Positions 61,700 through 64,000 of a DNA stretch of 64,000 bases are shown piece by piece. The first letter of the stretch is position 1; each line of letters starts with the position of its first letter. Origin of the DNA: Pristiophorus japonicus (taxonomy: Eukaryota); contig NC_091987.1 in the NCBI RefSeq assembly GCF_044704955.1, positions 148,366,001 through 148,430,000 on the forward strand, given 5' to 3'. The translations under genes and the position numbers were made by a program. The notes under the pieces were generated by a model. That model was not told the DNA's origin and did no database searches. It saw only the letters and a list, made by a program, of their open reading frames with translations.

Positions 61700-64000
61700 C
61701 TAGAAACATAGAAAATATGTGCAGGAGTAGGCCATTCGGCCCTTCTAGCCTGCACCGCCATTCAATGAGTTCATGGCTGAACATGCAACTTCAGTACCCC
61801 ATTGCTGCTTTCTTGCCATACCCCTTGATCCCCTTAGTAGTAAGGACTACATCTAACTCCTTCTTGGATATATTTAGTGAATTGGCCTCAACACCTTTCT
61901 GTGGTAGAGAATTCCACAGGCTCACCACTCTCTGGGTGAAGAAGTTTCTCCTCATCTCGGTCCTAAATAGCTTACCCCTTATCCTTAGACTGTGACCCCT
62001 GGTTCTGGACTTCCCCAACATTGTGAACATTCTTCCTGCATCTAACCTGTCTAAACCCATCAGAATTTTAAACTTTTCTATTAGGTCCCCTCTCATTCTT
62101 CTGAACTCCAGTGAATACAAGCCCAGTTGATTCAGTCTTTCTTGATAGGTCAGTCCCGCCATCCCGGGAATCAGTCTGATGAACCTTCGCTGCACTCCCT
62201 CAATAACAAGAATGTCCTTCCTCAGGTTAGGAGACCAAAACTGTACACAATACTCCAGATATGGCCTCACCAAGGCTCTGTACAACTGTAGCAATACCTC
62301 CCTGCCCCTGTACTCAAATCCCCTCGCTATGAAGGCCAAGATGCCATTTGCTTTCTTAACCGCATGCTGTACCTGCATGCCAACCTTCAATGACTGATGT
62401 ACCATGACACCCAAGTCTCGTTGCACCTCCCCTTTTCCTAATCTGTCACCATTCAGATAATAGTCTGTCTCTCTGTTTTTACCACCAAAGTGGACAACCT
62501 CACATTTATCCACATTATACTTCATCTGCCATGCATTTGCCGACTCACCTAACCTATCCAAGTTGCTCTGCAGCCTCATAGCATCCTCCTCGCAGCTCAC
62601 ACTGCCACCTAACTTAGTGTCATCCGCAAATTTGGTGATACTACATTTAATCCCCTCGTCTAAATCATTAATATACAGTGTAAACAGCTGGGGCCCCAGC
62701 ACAGAACCTTGCGGTACCCCACTAGTCACCGCCTGCCATTCTGAAAAGTACCCATTTACTCCTACTCTTTGCTTCCTGTCTGACAACCAGTTCTCAACCC
62801 ATGTCAGCACACTACCCCCAATCCCATGTGCTTTAACTTTGCACATTAATCTCTTGTGTGGAACCTTGTCGAAAGCCTTCTGAAAGTCCAAATATACCAC
62901 ATCAAATGGTTCTCCCTTGTCCACTCTACTGGAAACATCCTCAAAAAATTCCAGAAGATTTGTCAAGCATGATTTCCCTTTCATAAATCCATGCTGACTT
63001 GGACCTATCATGTCACCATTTTCCAAATGCGCTGCTATGAAATCCTTAATAATTGATTCCATCATCTTACCCACGACCGATGTCAGGCTGACCGGTCTAT
63101 AATTCCCTGTTTTCTCTCTCCCTCCTTTTTTAAAAAGTGGGGTTACATTGGCTACCCTCCACTCGATAGGAACTGATCCAGAGTCAATGGAATTCTGGAA
63201 AATGACTGTCAATACATCCGCTATTTCCAAGGCCACCTCCTTAAGTACTCTGGGATGCAGTCCATCAGGCCCTGGAGATTTATCGGCCCTCAATCCCATC
63301 AATTTCCCCAACACAATTTCCCGACTAATAAGGATTTCCCTCAGTTCCTCCTCCTTACTAGACCCTCTGACCCTTCTTATATCCGGAATGTTATTAGTGT
63401 CCTCCTTAGTGAATACCGAACCAAAGTACTTGTTCAATTGGTCCGCCATTTCTTTGTTGCCCGTTATGACTTCCCCTGATTCTGACTGCAGGGGACCTAC
63501 GTCTATAGAAATTTACATATCTATAGAAATTTTTGCAATCCGTCTTAATGTTCCCTGCAAGCTTCCTCTCGTACTCTATTTTCCCTGCCCTAATCAAACC
63601 CTTCGTCCTCCTCTGCTGAGTTCTAAATTTCTCCCAGTCTCCGGGTTCACTGCTATTTCTGGCCAATTTGTATGCCATTTCCTTGGCTTTAATACTATCC
63701 CTGATTTCCCTTGATAGCCACGGTTGAGCCACCTTCGCTTTTTTATTTTTATGCCAGACAGGAATGTACAATTGTTGTAGTTCATCCATGCGGTCTCTAA
63801 ATGTCTGCCATTGCCCATCCACAGTCAACCCCTCAAGTATCATTCGCCAATTAATCCTAGCCAATTCACACCTCATACCTTCAAAGTTACCCTTCTTTAA
63901 GTTCTGGACCATGGTCCCTGAATTAACTGTTTCATTCTCTATCCCAATGCAGAATTCCACCATATTATGGTCACTCTTCCCCAAGGTGCCTCGCACAACG
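61700..64000 (-). mobile_element. CR1 LINE ORF2 with open RT portion (61791-63449) and a frameshift near 63500; continues beyond the window
   Basis: 552-aa ORF containing the RT motifs; tail at ~61700. Confidence 0.95.

Overview
Repeat-saturated vertebrate DNA, most likely from a cartilaginous fish (inferred from the shark-type MHC class I sequence and the CR1/HER1-like LINE, RTE and Mag-type Gypsy content). The only plausibly functional host gene is the 3' half of an MHC class I heavy-chain gene on + (alpha3, TM, two cytoplasmic exons and a probable 3'UTR exon, ~5.0-12.25 kb), whose introns are filled with minisatellites and CR1s. An intronless, disrupted MROH1-like retrocopy lies on - at ~39.9-42.4 kb. 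The rest is nested mobile DNA: many CR1s (one near full length), three Gypsy LTR elements, three solo LTRs with TSDs, RTE pieces and satellites. Highlights: (1) an MHC-type X1-X2-Y promoter module at ~58.0 kb directly downstream of a 3.8-kb repeat containing many ISRE-like motifs, with no recognisable gene behind it; (2) a complex rearrangement revealed by three nested elements (RTE>CR1>Gypsy) whose halves lie 12-17 kb apart in opposite orientation; (3) two divergent ERV-like solo LTRs sharing a covarying hairpin at the predicted transcription start; (4) two CR1 copies sharing the same ORF2 nonsense codon. Most long ORFs in the track are artefacts of simple repeats. Coordinates were read by eye; ends of old repeats are approximate.
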